A stretch of DNA of 64,000 nt, from sequence record SRR20825019_361; one strand, written 5' to 3'. This document shows, piece after piece, positions 20,448 through 29,542 of this stretch; position 1 is the first letter of the stretch, and each line of letters opens with the position of its first letter. The notes below the pieces were generated by a model that was not told the origin of the DNA, made no database searches, and saw nothing but the letters and a program-made list of their open reading frames with translations. Made by a program: the position numbers and the translations under genes.

Positions 20448-21086
20448 CTAACGGTTGTTTACAATCAACTCTTCACGGTCTTCTTTGGTGAGATTATACC
20501 CTTTGTATTCAGGGTTATACGTTCTGAAAATACGATCCCAAAGGGCAATGGTGTTTCCAAAATTCTGATACCAATTTTGATGATGGTGGAAAAGGTGAAA
20601 TTTCTGAACGAACTGCATGTAACCAGATTTCCATTCCTTGTAGTGAATGTAATAATGAACGAATTCGTAGAAAACATAGTAACAGGTCATCCCAATTCCA
20701 AAGGAAGCAGTGTATGAAAAATCTTGGGTAATCAGATAAACTAACGTAAGCATAAACGCACTTACTGGATAGACAATGAAGAATCCTGCATTGAGCACTC
20801 GGTAGTCGGTGAGGTTATTGTGATGGTGTGAGTGAAAAGCGTCAATCAACCATCTTACTTTTTTGTTTTTAATGCGTACGTGGTATACCCAGCGATGCAC
20901 AACGTATTCAAAGAGGCTCCAGAGTATGATTCCACAGACAAAACTAAGAAGATTCCAACCAATTTCACTTGGGTTAAGCCAGAGTACCCAACAATAGACG
21001 ATTATGAGGGGCAATACCTTCAATAACGAGAAATAGGGATTCTTTGATGCAAAAAAGCGGAGCAATTTCACATGGGTTTGAGCCAT
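20448..21086 (-). CDS. Fatty acid hydroxylase / sterol desaturase superfamily membrane protein
   Basis: His boxes EYVVHRWVYH, HSHHH, EFVHYYIH, HLFHH; ATG 21086 lies just after the upstream gene's stop. Confidence 0.9.
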   Translation of the reverse strand: MAQTHVKLLRFFASKNPYFSLLKVLPLIIVYCWVLWLNPSEIGWNLLSFVCGIILWSLFEYVVHRWVYHVRIKNKKVRWLIDAFHSHHHNNLTDYRVLNAGFFIVYPVSAFMLTLVYLITQDFSYTASFGIGMTCYYVFYEFVHYYIHYKEWKSGYMQFVQKFHLFHHHQNWYQNFGNTIALWDRIFRTYNPEYKGYNLTKEDREELIVNNR

Positions 21087-21093
21087 ATTTAGA

Positions 21094-21888
21094 TTATTCG
21101 AGCTCATACGGATGGGAAAAGTAATGCCTAAGAACTTGAATAAACTCGGAAAAATGAATTCCTTCCATAATTCGATGATCGAAAGTAAAACCGAGAGTGG
21201 CCATGTCTCGTTGAACGATTTCATCATTTTCTGAAACAACGCGCTTTTCGATCTTTCCAACGGCAATTACCATTGGAATTCTCGTGTACGGAGCAATCGG
21301 TGTGCATGCTTTTGTGAGTCCAAAACTCCCGATATGTGTAACCATTACACTTCCAAAAGGATCTTTTGGTGCAGGAATAAAAAAGGGTTTCAAATTCAAC
21401 GAATACATGATAAAACTCAATGAATTTAACATCGGTCGAGCGAAAATTCCTGGGAATCGGGAGAATGTTTTTTTGGAGGAATTCATAGGATCCTCTCCCT
21501 TTCGAATGCGTTTTATTTGTTGACGCAAATCGGATTCAATTTCCGAAATGGGCCTTGAATGCGGCGCATCAATCAACGCTCCCGATAAATCATCTGTATT
21601 TTTTGAAGGTAACACATGATAGAAAACGCGAATGTCCGCCCTTTGGTATACTTTTCCGAAACGAATCACCCTGTTGATCGTGTCTTTTTCCGAAATGGTT
21701 TTACCAACAACTTTCACAACGAAGGCATTGAATGTGACGTTCTTTTCTACACACCATTTTTGAGCAGGTTCAACATTAAATTCTTCGAAGGCGTGAATGG
21801 AAGAATCACCTGTTGGTTTCCAAGATCCTATGGAAATTTTTCTCCAAGGACTCGATTTAACTCTGTGCGTGTATTTTAGGTGACTCAT
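21094..21888 (-). CDS. Stand-alone 2-oxo-acid dehydrogenase E2-like acyltransferase catalytic domain
   Basis: GSVMVTHIGSFG and LGFTFDHRIMEG motifs; no lipoyl or E3-binding domain. Confidence 0.85.
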   Translation of the reverse strand: MSHLKYTHRVKSSPWRKISIGSWKPTGDSSIHAFEEFNVEPAQKWCVEKNVTFNAFVVKVVGKTISEKDTINRVIRFGKVYQRADIRVFYHVLPSKNTDDLSGALIDAPHSRPISEIESDLRQQIKRIRKGEDPMNSSKKTFSRFPGIFARPMLNSLSFIMYSLNLKPFFIPAPKDPFGSVMVTHIGSFGLTKACTPIAPYTRIPMVIAVGKIEKRVVSENDEIVQRDMATLGFTFDHRIMEGIHFSEFIQVLRHYFSHPYELE

Positions 21889-22541
21889 TCTAGCTTACTC
21901 TTGGCGAATGAATTTTGACTTTTAAAGTAAAGTGCGCTATTTAATTGCTGAAATTCTTCCGCAGTAGGTGAGAGAATTACTAATTGTTGATTCGCGATTT
22001 TCAATTTACTCTGCTCCGCAATAAATGGAAATGTAGATGAACTTGGATCATATTCAAATTCTTTAATCGTCAAACTACCCGAGCTAAAATCGAGCATTGT
22101 GGGAACGTAATTTCCATTTTCGGAGTAATTGATCACGTAGTGTGAGTTGTCAATTTTCGTGAGGATATGTTTTGAGCTTGCTCCAATCACGGATTCTTTA
22201 TTTTTTATCCCAAAATAGTAACGTCCTTTTTCGTAAATGCACGGCAATGAATCGTTGGCTACAACTCCGAAAATAAACCCATCTTTTACATCATACGTTA
22301 CACTTTCGCGAATAAACTCTTTGCTCACAGAAGAAATTTGCACGGAGATAACAGAAATTCCTTCCGCTGAAATTTCGTAGGAGTAACCCGATCCCTCATT
22401 GGCATAACTTCCGAACCATTTTTCGTCCACTTGTGTCACTTTATTTGTTGCAGAGGGAAGTACTTCCGAGAAATAATAGGAACTTTGAGCAGATAGGTTG
22501 GAAACGAAAAAAAGAAGTGCAATCAGATGAAAAATTTTCAT
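21885..22541 (-). CDS. Hypothetical secreted protein
   Basis: Signal peptide MKIFHLIALLFFVSNLSAQ; ATGA overlap with the next gene. Confidence 0.75.
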   Translation of the reverse strand: MKIFHLIALLFFVSNLSAQSSYYFSEVLPSATNKVTQVDEKWFGSYANEGSGYSYEISAEGISVISVQISSVSKEFIRESVTYDVKDGFIFGVVANDSLPCIYEKGRYYFGIKNKESVIGASSKHILTKIDNSHYVINYSENGNYVPTMLDFSSGSLTIKEFEYDPSSSTFPFIAEQSKLKIANQQLVILSPTAEEFQQLNSALYFKSQNSFAKSKLE

Positions 22542-22545
22542 AACT

Positions 22546-22553
22546 TAAATATA
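22546..22553 (-). promoter_or_regulatory. Variant -7 element TATATTTA, 4 nt before the ATG
   Basis: TATATTTA-AGTT-ATG; one mismatch to TAnnTTTG. Confidence 0.45.
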
Positions 22554-22612
22554 ATAGCGCAAATGCTGCTGATTAAAAATAGTAATAACCTACCTACTTA
22601 AACTCACAAGAA

Positions 22613-24334
22613 ATGCAAAAAAGATGGTTTGTCAAAACTCCATTGGAACGTACAACTGTAGATTCGTTTCGTTCAATCCTTAAAGTCGACCCAGTGGTGT
22701 CGGAAATTTTACTCCAACGCGGAATTGATTCGTTTCATAAAGCGGAATCGTTTTTCCGACCGCAACTTAGCGATTTACACGATCCTTTTCTGATGAAAGA
22801 TTTGGAATTGGCTGCTAAGCGACTGTCTAAAGCACTGAAAAATGGAGAAAGAATTCTACTTTATGGCGATTATGATGTAGATGGAACTACGGCAGTTGCG
22901 CTCATGTATACATTTCTCAAAGAGCACACAGATCAATTGGATTTTTACATTCCTGATCGGTACACAGAGGGTTATGGAGTAAGTCGAAAAGGAATGGAAT
23001 ACGCGGTGAGTGAGAAGATTAACTTGCTGATTACACTCGATTGCGGAATCAAGGCGAATGACGAAATTGCGTTTGCACGTGAGAACGGAATTGATGTGAT
23101 TGTGTGCGATCACCATACTCCTGGGGAGATTCTTCCAGATGCGTTGGTATTGGATCCAAAGCGAATTGATGATGAGTATCCGTATAAAGAACTTTCTGGT
23201 TGTGGAGTAGGATTTAAGTTGCTTCAAGGACTCTGCGCGTTGGAGCAATGGAACTTGGACAAACTATTTGAACTGCTCGATTTATTAGCGATTAGCATTG
23301 GAGCGGATATTGTTGAAATTACGGGAGAGAATAGAATTTTGTGCTTTCATGGTTTACGTTTGTTGAATGAGCAGCCTAGAACAGCATTTAAAGAAATGTT
23401 GATTCTCGCCAAAAGATCCTTTCCTGTGAGTTTGACCGACGTTGTATTTACGATAGCTCCGCGAATCAATGCCGCTGGAAGGTTGCGATCAGGGAAGTAT
23501 GCCGTGGAATTAATGATTTCCAACAACGTAGATGAAATTAGACAACTCGCGGCGGATATCGATGCAGATAATACAGAGCGACGTTTGCTCGATCAAGAGA
23601 TTACCGAGGAAGCACTCGAAATGATCGAAGGGTTTAGTGATGATCGCAGTACGAATGTTGTTTTCAACCCAGATTGGCACAAAGGAGTGGTGGGAATTGT
23701 GGCTTCACGGATCATTGAAAAGCATTACAAACCAACGATTGTATTGACGGAGTCGAATGGAATGATCGTTGGCTCTGCGCGCTCTGTGCGAGGATTTGAT
23801 GTTCATCAGGCGATTGATAGTTGCAGTGAGTTATTGGAACAGTTCGGGGGACACATGTACGCCGCTGGTTTGACTTTAAAACCCGAGAATTTGGCCGCTT
23901 TTTCTGCGAAATTTGAGGAAGTTGTGCGATTAAGTATGGAAAAAGAATTTAGAACAGAAGAGCAAATTGTTGACATTGAACTCACGTTTGATCAACTGTT
24001 TCAACCTGAAGAAAATCGAATGAAACTACCAAAGTTGAAGCGGATTTTGAAACAATTGGAGCCGCATGGACCGGGAAACATGAAACCTGTATTCGTGAGC
24101 AGAAATGTATTCGCTACAGACATTCGAATTTTGAAAGAAGCACACCTGAAACTCAATGTTGTTCAACCTCCGCACGATGTTGTAATTGAAGCAATAGGAT
24201 TTAAGATGGCAGATAAAGTTGATGAAGTAGCTGCGGGAATTCCTTTTGAAATTGTGTACACATTAGAAGGAAATCGCTGGAATGGCAAAGAAACACTTCA
24301 GATGAATATTAAAGATTTACGCGCGATGGTATAG
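22613..24334 (+). CDS. recJ: Single-stranded-DNA-specific exonuclease RecJ
   Basis: YGDYDVDG, ITLDCGI, DHH, APRINAAGR, GSARS, FGGHMYAAG. Confidence 0.97.
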   Translation: MQKRWFVKTPLERTTVDSFRSILKVDPVVSEILLQRGIDSFHKAESFFRPQLSDLHDPFLMKDLELAAKRLSKALKNGERILLYGDYDVDGTTAVALMYTFLKEHTDQLDFYIPDRYTEGYGVSRKGMEYAVSEKINLLITLDCGIKANDEIAFARENGIDVIVCDHHTPGEILPDALVLDPKRIDDEYPYKELSGCGVGFKLLQGLCALEQWNLDKLFELLDLLAISIGADIVEITGENRILCFHGLRLLNEQPRTAFKEMLILAKRSFPVSLTDVVFTIAPRINAAGRLRSGKYAVELMISNNVDEIRQLAADIDADNTERRLLDQEITEEALEMIEGFSDDRSTNVVFNPDWHKGVVGIVASRIIEKHYKPTIVLTESNGMIVGSARSVRGFDVHQAIDSCSELLEQFGGHMYAAGLTLKPENLAAFSAKFEEVVRLSMEKEFRTEEQIVDIELTFDQLFQPEENRMKLPKLKRILKQLEPHGPGNMKPVFVSRNVFATDIRILKEAHLKLNVVQPPHDVVIEAIGFKMADKVDEVAAGIPFEIVYTLEGNRWNGKETLQMNIKDLRAMV

Positions 24335-24347
24335 AAGACATAGTAAA

Positions 24348-24371
24348 AGCGACGAGAGCAATCTCGTCGCT
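24348..24371. terminator. Intrinsic terminator between convergent genes
   Basis: Perfect 10-bp stem agcgacgaga/tctcgtcgct with GCAA tetraloop; flanking A- and T-rich runs. Confidence 0.85.
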
Positions 24372-24380
24372 CATTTGTTT

Positions 24381-24854
24381 TTAATAGTAACCTCCATCAG
24401 GGGTTTCGTATTGGAGCACCTTCTTCTTTTCCACAGTTACTGCTCCCATGCATCCTTGACCTTTTCCAGAGTCTCCGCAAGGCGAGCAATAGTAATGAGT
24501 AACTTTTCCTCTGGTTGTTGTACCGGCTTTACAGCCATTTGAACAACCGTCGCAATGAACTGTTACTCCTCCAGGGAACTTTTTCTTGTCGAAATAACTT
24601 GAGATTTCTTTTTCTGTCGACTTAAAAACAACTTGCTGTGATTTTTTGAAATACAGTATTTCATACCCTTTTTCCACTCTAACAAAGCCTTTCTCATCAA
24701 TTTTTAAGAAATCCATGTCGATTCCTTTGAACATTTCCATTGTTTCATTGTCAAACTGAATTGCGACTACTTTAATTGACTCGCCTTCTTGAGCGATTAA
24801 TTGCTGATTCCAAAACATTCCTAATACAAGGAGTAATCCTACTTTAATTCTCAT
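24381..24854 (-). CDS. Hypothetical secreted protein with a six-cysteine C-terminal domain
   Basis: Signal peptide; HCDGCSNGC...YYCSPCGDSGKGQGC. Confidence 0.75.
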   Translation of the reverse strand: MRIKVGLLLVLGMFWNQQLIAQEGESIKVVAIQFDNETMEMFKGIDMDFLKIDEKGFVRVEKGYEILYFKKSQQVVFKSTEKEISSYFDKKKFPGGVTVHCDGCSNGCKAGTTTRGKVTHYYCSPCGDSGKGQGCMGAVTVEKKKVLQYETPDGGYY

Positions 24855-24910
24855 AATTATATTGTTAAATGGTTAATGAGACCAAAGTAGACTCGATGAA
24901 GTGATTACTC

Positions 24911-24951
24911 TTCACCCAGTTGGATGATAGTGCTTCACCTATTCGGGTGAA
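24911..24951. promoter_or_regulatory. Tandem imperfect palindromic boxes, putative regulator binding sites
   Basis: TTCACCCAGTTGGATGA (24911) and TTCACCTATTCGGGTGAA (24934), 23-bp period, upstream of 24381..24854. Confidence 0.5.
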
Positions 24952-24980
24952 ATCGGTTAAAAGAGCACGATTTTTAGGTT

Positions 24981-25214
24981 TTAAATCAATTCATCCACAC
25001 GTTTTATCCAGTTTTCATCTCGTTCGGTAATCCCGCCAACGTCGTGCGAAGAGATTCGTAACGTAAGTACGCTACATTTTTCAATGGACATATCTGCATG
25101 ATGATTCAAAGCGTCTGAAAGAATCGCTATGCGCATCAAGCACTCAGCGAGATCAGTTTGTGTATCAAATTTTATGGTTCTCTCGTAGGTGTTATTTTTC
25201 AGTTGCCAGTTCAT
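24981..25214 (-). CDS. phhB: Pterin-4-alpha-carbinolamine dehydratase
   Basis: 77 aa; W....YERTIKF, LNHHADM, SSHDVGGITERD; overlaps the 3' end of phhA. Confidence 0.88.
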   Translation of the reverse strand: MNWQLKNNTYERTIKFDTQTDLAECLMRIAILSDALNHHADMSIEKCSVLTLRISSHDVGGITERDENWIKRVDELI

Positions 25215-25923
25215 AATGGTTCCAGTTTTTGTTTAGCTGCACAATCGATTCGAACAGTTGCTCAAAGGTATCGATCACAAAGTACTTTGTTTGAATTTCA
25301 TCGTTTTTAAATGCCATTTCTATCACGTTTTCAAGATCAAAGGGAAGGTGCTCAACCGAAGATTGGATGGATGAGATGGACTCTCCGAATGAGGAAGCGA
25401 TTCCTGCCCCGTATATTTTTAAGCCGTTTTGACGAATAAGACCGAACTCAATGGTGAACCAGTACAAACGCTGAAGTTCAATCAATTTTTGTTCGTCATG
25501 AAGAAATTGAACCCCCAATTTTCCAAATTCATGCATGAAAGAGGAGAAAATCGGTTGCGAAAGTAATGGGACATGACCGAAAATGTCGTGAAACATGTCG
25601 GGTTCTTCCAAATAATCAAGCTGATCCATTCTTCTCAACCAAGTAGAGGAACAGAACTTTTTCTCGGAAAGAAGTTGGAAGAATTCGCGCACGGGAATCA
25701 GCCCTGGAACACATTCCATTTGCCAGCCCGTAGAAGTTTTAAACCATTCGTTAAGAGCTGAAAAGTTCGGAATTTCATCTGCGTTAAGCACATCACCCAT
25801 TTGTGAGAGCGAATCTAAATATTCCTCACATGCCTTGTCTTTAAGGTTTTCTACTTGACGTTCAAACAACGTCTTCCATACTTTTGTGTCTTCGCTTGTG
25901 TAGCGCGCATATTCTTGCTTCAT
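25192..25923 (-). CDS. phhA: Phenylalanine 4-monooxygenase
   Basis: YLEEPDMFHDIFGHVP (Fe ligands), RLYWFTIEFGL, YGAGIASS.GE. Confidence 0.95.
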   Translation of the reverse strand: MKQEYARYTSEDTKVWKTLFERQVENLKDKACEEYLDSLSQMGDVLNADEIPNFSALNEWFKTSTGWQMECVPGLIPVREFFQLLSEKKFCSSTWLRRMDQLDYLEEPDMFHDIFGHVPLLSQPIFSSFMHEFGKLGVQFLHDEQKLIELQRLYWFTIEFGLIRQNGLKIYGAGIASSFGESISSIQSSVEHLPFDLENVIEMAFKNDEIQTKYFVIDTFEQLFESIVQLNKNWNHYELATEK

Positions 25924-25933
25924 TGTGTAAAAT

Positions 25934-25967
25934 AAAAAAAGCCCGATTCAGTTAAGAATCGAGCTTT
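25934..25967 (-). terminator. Intrinsic terminator (attenuator 3:4 hairpin) in the phhA leader
   Basis: AAAGCTCGATTC-TTAACT-GAATCGGGC-TTTTTTT on the minus strand, ending 10 nt before the phhA ATG. Confidence 0.88.
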
Positions 25968-25991
25968 GCGTTTAATTAAAAATTCTATTTT

Positions 25992-26060
25992 TTAGCGCAT
26001 ATCAGTTTCGATCCCATTGTGTTGGATTCGATAATAGTTATATGCGTTTGTTGTCATCAT
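25992..26060 (-). CDS. Putative Tyr-rich leader peptide MMTTNAYNYYRIQHNGIETDMR
   Basis: Translated by hand; TAT AAC TAT TAT cluster; lies between a -7 promoter box and a terminator upstream of phhA. Confidence 0.8.
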   Translation of the reverse strand: MMTTNAYNYYRIQHNGIETDMR

Positions 26061-26068
26061 TTATTTTC

Positions 26069-26076
26069 CAAATATA
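26069..26076 (-). promoter_or_regulatory. -7 promoter element (TATATTTG) for the leader peptide-phhAB transcript
   Basis: Exact TAnnTTTG match 8 nt before the leader ATG. Confidence 0.7.
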
Positions 26077-26077
26077 C

Positions 26078-29000
26078 TTATTCTTTAATCACTTTTACTT
26101 GTGTGCGTTTAGTGTGATCTGAAATAGTAAAGAGATAAATGCCATTTGAAAGACCTTCTAGGGAAAATTCTCCAACAAAATCTCCGCCAATTGTATGAAC
26201 AGTTCGCTTTTCAATTGACTGACCCATTGCGTTATGAAGAATAATTTCTACTTCACTATCGAATCCGCGGAGTTCGAGATTCACTTTGTCATTCGTTGGG
26301 TTTGGATATACGTTCACAGTGTTTGCATCGCCCAGTTCTTCTACTTCGAGTTGAGAATCGATGGTGAAATTAAAGTTGATTCCGTCTCCGTAGTTTGAGT
26401 TAAAGTCTTGGACGATTCCAGCGCCTACTTTCGTAAATCGCGTGTATCCACTTCCATCGTTATTGGCAAAGAAAGAAAGTCCGTCATCACCAGAATCTTT
26501 TACACGATACGTGTAGCATCCCATTGGAAGAAGCATTGTGTCTTTGTAAAGTGTATTTGCTGCCATTCCACTTTTTGAGAAAAGAACAGTACCCGTTTCG
26601 TCCAGTACTTCATACGAACTTTCTCCTGGTACATTGTTCGTTTTGAACCAGATAATGAAGTTTCCAGGAATCACTTTTGGAATATTAAATTCCGAACGAT
26701 AACGATTGTTATAGGCGTATTCATCTGTCCCACCATTTGGATTGCTTACTTCAGCGTTGAACATATTGTCTGTTGAATTCAAGCTATTCCACATACTCCA
26801 AGGAGCGGGTAGTGTAACATCTTCACTTTCCATAAATCCTAAGCTTCCAGTCCACTGATAAGTCACCGTGTTCGCTGGATTATTCACCCAATACGAGATT
26901 GTGAGTGAAGTCAATGTTGTGCTTCCTGTATTTTGAATGGTGATTACAGGTGCATGACAAATAGGATTAGATCTAGCGAACTCAACTCTATTGGAAGGGT
27001 GACTGATTTGAATCACCGATGCATCCAAGCTGTGGTTTGCTGCTCCATAAGTCACCAATTGATTGTTTACATAATAGTTGGAAGATCCAGTAGCCGTTTG
27101 AATTCCATAATCGAAATTTGCAACTTGACCAGGAGTAACATAACTTGTGATGTCCATGTGTTTAACATCGGTTGCCATTCCAGGACACCATCCAGCACGG
27201 TCGTAAATCCATGTTCCACCTTGAGGGTAAACAGGGTTTTCCGCACACTCTTTCCAAGCTTGCCATGTAAATTCATCAGCTCCACCATCAATATCTAAAT
27301 AATGATTTCGAGGAATGAATTCTCCTTCTTGTCCGTGACCTGTAATTGCAGAGCGAACTTTAAAAGAAACACCGTTTGGATTCAATGTAATATCTCTTGG
27401 TTCAAAGAATAAGTCGCTCAAAATATTTTGATAACCGGGAGCGTCTACTTTCCAAATTTGTTTGATATCGATCACGTCTCTTGGAGGTGTCCCAACGATA
27501 AAAAGAAAATCGATGTTCATTTCTTCTTGCCACTGACCTCCACCGCTCATTGTAAGTCGTTTTGGACCTTTGAAAATAGGTGAGTAATCGGTCATTTCGA
27601 ATGTCCAAGTTTTACCATTTGCACCAAGGTTAAGACCAATTCCATAAGGAGTTACAAACGACATGATTTCGTATTTGGATGGCGAACGCTTGAAGTAGTT
27701 GAGTTCCGTTGGAGTTAATGTTCCGGTAGATGAAACAGTGATTGTTCCAAGTAGCGCGCCCGTTTCTCCATCGTAAATAGATTGCGGAATGGCTTGCCAA
27801 ACTTGCGTTGTAGAAACAACGGTAATATCATCATTTATCAAGGTTCCAGGATTCGAAACAACTGCATATTGGGTAATTACATTCGGAATTACAAGAACAG
27901 AATCCATCACAATTGTGTTCGTAACGGTTGTGTTGTAAACACCTTCAAAGAGTGTGATACTCGGACGATTTGGTGCTGTTTGGAAGAATTTTGTAAGCTT
28001 AATTCCTCGTTCAAATGCCCAAGCTGCAGAAGCATTAGAATTGGCAATTAATCCATTTACGGATGCATCGTTCAGTTGAGTTCCAGTTCCTTCGTTTAAT
28101 GGGTAATAGGCTACTAATCGAGCGTATTCTGGGTGAGCAGGTGTAACCGGAATAGACATCCAGTCTTGGATATCAGTGCCAGAAAGCGCTTTGTCCCAAA
28201 TTCTTAGTTCGTCAATTCTACCTTTGTAATTTCCTGAGTAAGTTGCGCTTTTCCCAACAACCATTGAAACGATGTCTATTGGACGTGTTTTACCTGTCCC
28301 TGAATGCCAGAGTGTTCCATTCAAATAGATTTGCATGATTCCAGTTGCTGCATTTTTCACAAATGCCCAATGATTCCACTGTCCTTCGAACTCGGCTGTT
28401 GCAGCGAGCTTATTGATTCGATCGTAGTTTCCGTCTCCACCACAGTCCCAGTATATTTCACTGTTACTCCATGGAAGATGCACGTTAACATCTCGCTCAC
28501 CGTTTGCTCCAAGGGCTTCAATAATGTAGGTGTTCGCTGGAAGTTGATTTGCATCACCAAAAGCCCAAAAAGAAACAGTTATTTCATTGGAAATCCCTGA
28601 CATCGAAGAAGCAGGAACATCGAAATGTCCTTCTGCTGAAAGATCTATATTGTATTCGTTATTGGCATAAATCGCCATGTCGGATGAAGCTGTTCCTTCT
28701 AGCTGAACATCTACACCAGGAACCGAATTCGTAAAAGAAAACTCTATGATAATATTGTCTGTTCCATTCCAAACGAACGGCGTGCTGAATTGAAGTCGAT
28801 TTGACCCTGTGATAAAGTTGAAATCACTAAAGAATACTTGAGTGAATCCTGTCGTTTCAGGTGAAGTAGGATCCAAGACTGACGCGGTAGTTTCTTTTAC
28901 ATTGATTCGTAGGAAATTTACACTTCCACCGTTCAATGCTTGTACAAGGAATCCGTTGATGTTTCCTCCTAAGAATCCAGCGGCAGTTAGTTCCGCTGCT

Positions 29001-29542
29001 GTATAAAGATACTGTGCTTTTCCAGATTTATTAGATCCATTCAATGCTTCGGAAGTTGGACTCGTTCCGGCCAATACGGGAAATTGAGTTTCGCTCGTAA
29101 TACTATTCAACGTTACTTGAGGTTGAGTATATTGATAGAATGTGTGGGAAGGAATCGTTGTATAGGTAAATGTCGTCCCTAAAAAACCAGAAATAGTGTG
29201 AGAAGGGTGAACTGCCTTTACAGAATCGATGGAAAGCGAATCGTGAACATAGGTGTTGCAACTATAATCCCATTCTCCACATGCGTTGGAGCCATTTGGA
29301 CCATTATTATTTCCTCCAGAAGAGTTTACCGCACCACCATGGCACCGCATATTGTATTCCATGAGTACTTTTTCGAAAGTAATTCCAGGAAGGTTCGGAA
29401 ATTCAACTACTGTGTCTCTTGTAAGACTGTTGTAATTCAGCGCATTGATCCGAATAGTATCTCCGACATTTTGCGCGAATACTGAAGATTGTATCAGGCA
29501 AAAGAGGAGAAATGTTGTAAAAAGAGTGAAGATTTTTTTCAT
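26078..29542 (-). CDS. T9SS-secreted peptide-N-glycosidase F-related protein with a LamG-like domain
   Basis: CGEWDY, YEIMSFVTPY, ITGHG.EGEF, NPVYPQGGTWIYDRAGWCPG; LamG WNHWAFV...IYLNG...GRIDELRIWDKAL; CTD YPNPT...GIYL. Confidence 0.85.
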   Translation of the reverse strand: MKKIFTLFTTFLLFCLIQSSVFAQNVGDTIRINALNYNSLTRDTVVEFPNLPGITFEKVLMEYNMRCHGGAVNSSGGNNNGPNGSNACGEWDYSCNTYVHDSLSIDSVKAVHPSHTISGFLGTTFTYTTIPSHTFYQYTQPQVTLNSITSETQFPVLAGTSPTSEALNGSNKSGKAQYLYTAAELTAAGFLGGNINGFLVQALNGGSVNFLRINVKETTASVLDPTSPETTGFTQVFFSDFNFITGSNRLQFSTPFVWNGTDNIIIEFSFTNSVPGVDVQLEGTASSDMAIYANNEYNIDLSAEGHFDVPASSMSGISNEITVSFWAFGDANQLPANTYIIEALGANGERDVNVHLPWSNSEIYWDCGGDGNYDRINKLAATAEFEGQWNHWAFVKNAATGIMQIYLNGTLWHSGTGKTRPIDIVSMVVGKSATYSGNYKGRIDELRIWDKALSGTDIQDWMSIPVTPAHPEYARLVAYYPLNEGTGTQLNDASVNGLIANSNASAAWAFERGIKLTKFFQTAPNRPSITLFEGVYNTTVTNTIVMDSVLVIPNVITQYAVVSNPGTLINDDITVVSTTQVWQAIPQSIYDGETGALLGTITVSSTGTLTPTELNYFKRSPSKYEIMSFVTPYGIGLNLGANGKTWTFEMTDYSPIFKGPKRLTMSGGGQWQEEMNIDFLFIVGTPPRDVIDIKQIWKVDAPGYQNILSDLFFEPRDITLNPNGVSFKVRSAITGHGQEGEFIPRNHYLDIDGGADEFTWQAWKECAENPVYPQGGTWIYDRAGWCPGMATDVKHMDITSYVTPGQVANFDYGIQTATGSSNYYVNNQLVTYGAANHSLDASVIQISHPSNRVEFARSNPICHAPVITIQNTGSTTLTSLTISYWVNNPANTVTYQWTGSLGFMESEDVTLPAPWSMWNSLNSTDNMFNAEVSNPNGGTDEYAYNNRYRSEFNIPKVIPGNFIIWFKTNNVPGESSYEVLDETGTVLFSKSGMAANTLYKDTMLLPMGCYTYRVKDSGDDGLSFFANNDGSGYTRFTKVGAGIVQDFNSNYGDGINFNFTIDSQLEVEELGDANTVNVYPNPTNDKVNLELRGFDSEVEIILHNAMGQSIEKRTVHTIGGDFVGEFSLEGLSNGIYLFTISDHTKRTQVKVIKE

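Noticed and set aside
21087-21266. Long N-terminal extension of the hydroxylase overlapping the acyltransferase gene
   Set aside because: ORF-caller extension; ATG 21086 just after the upstream stop is more plausible.
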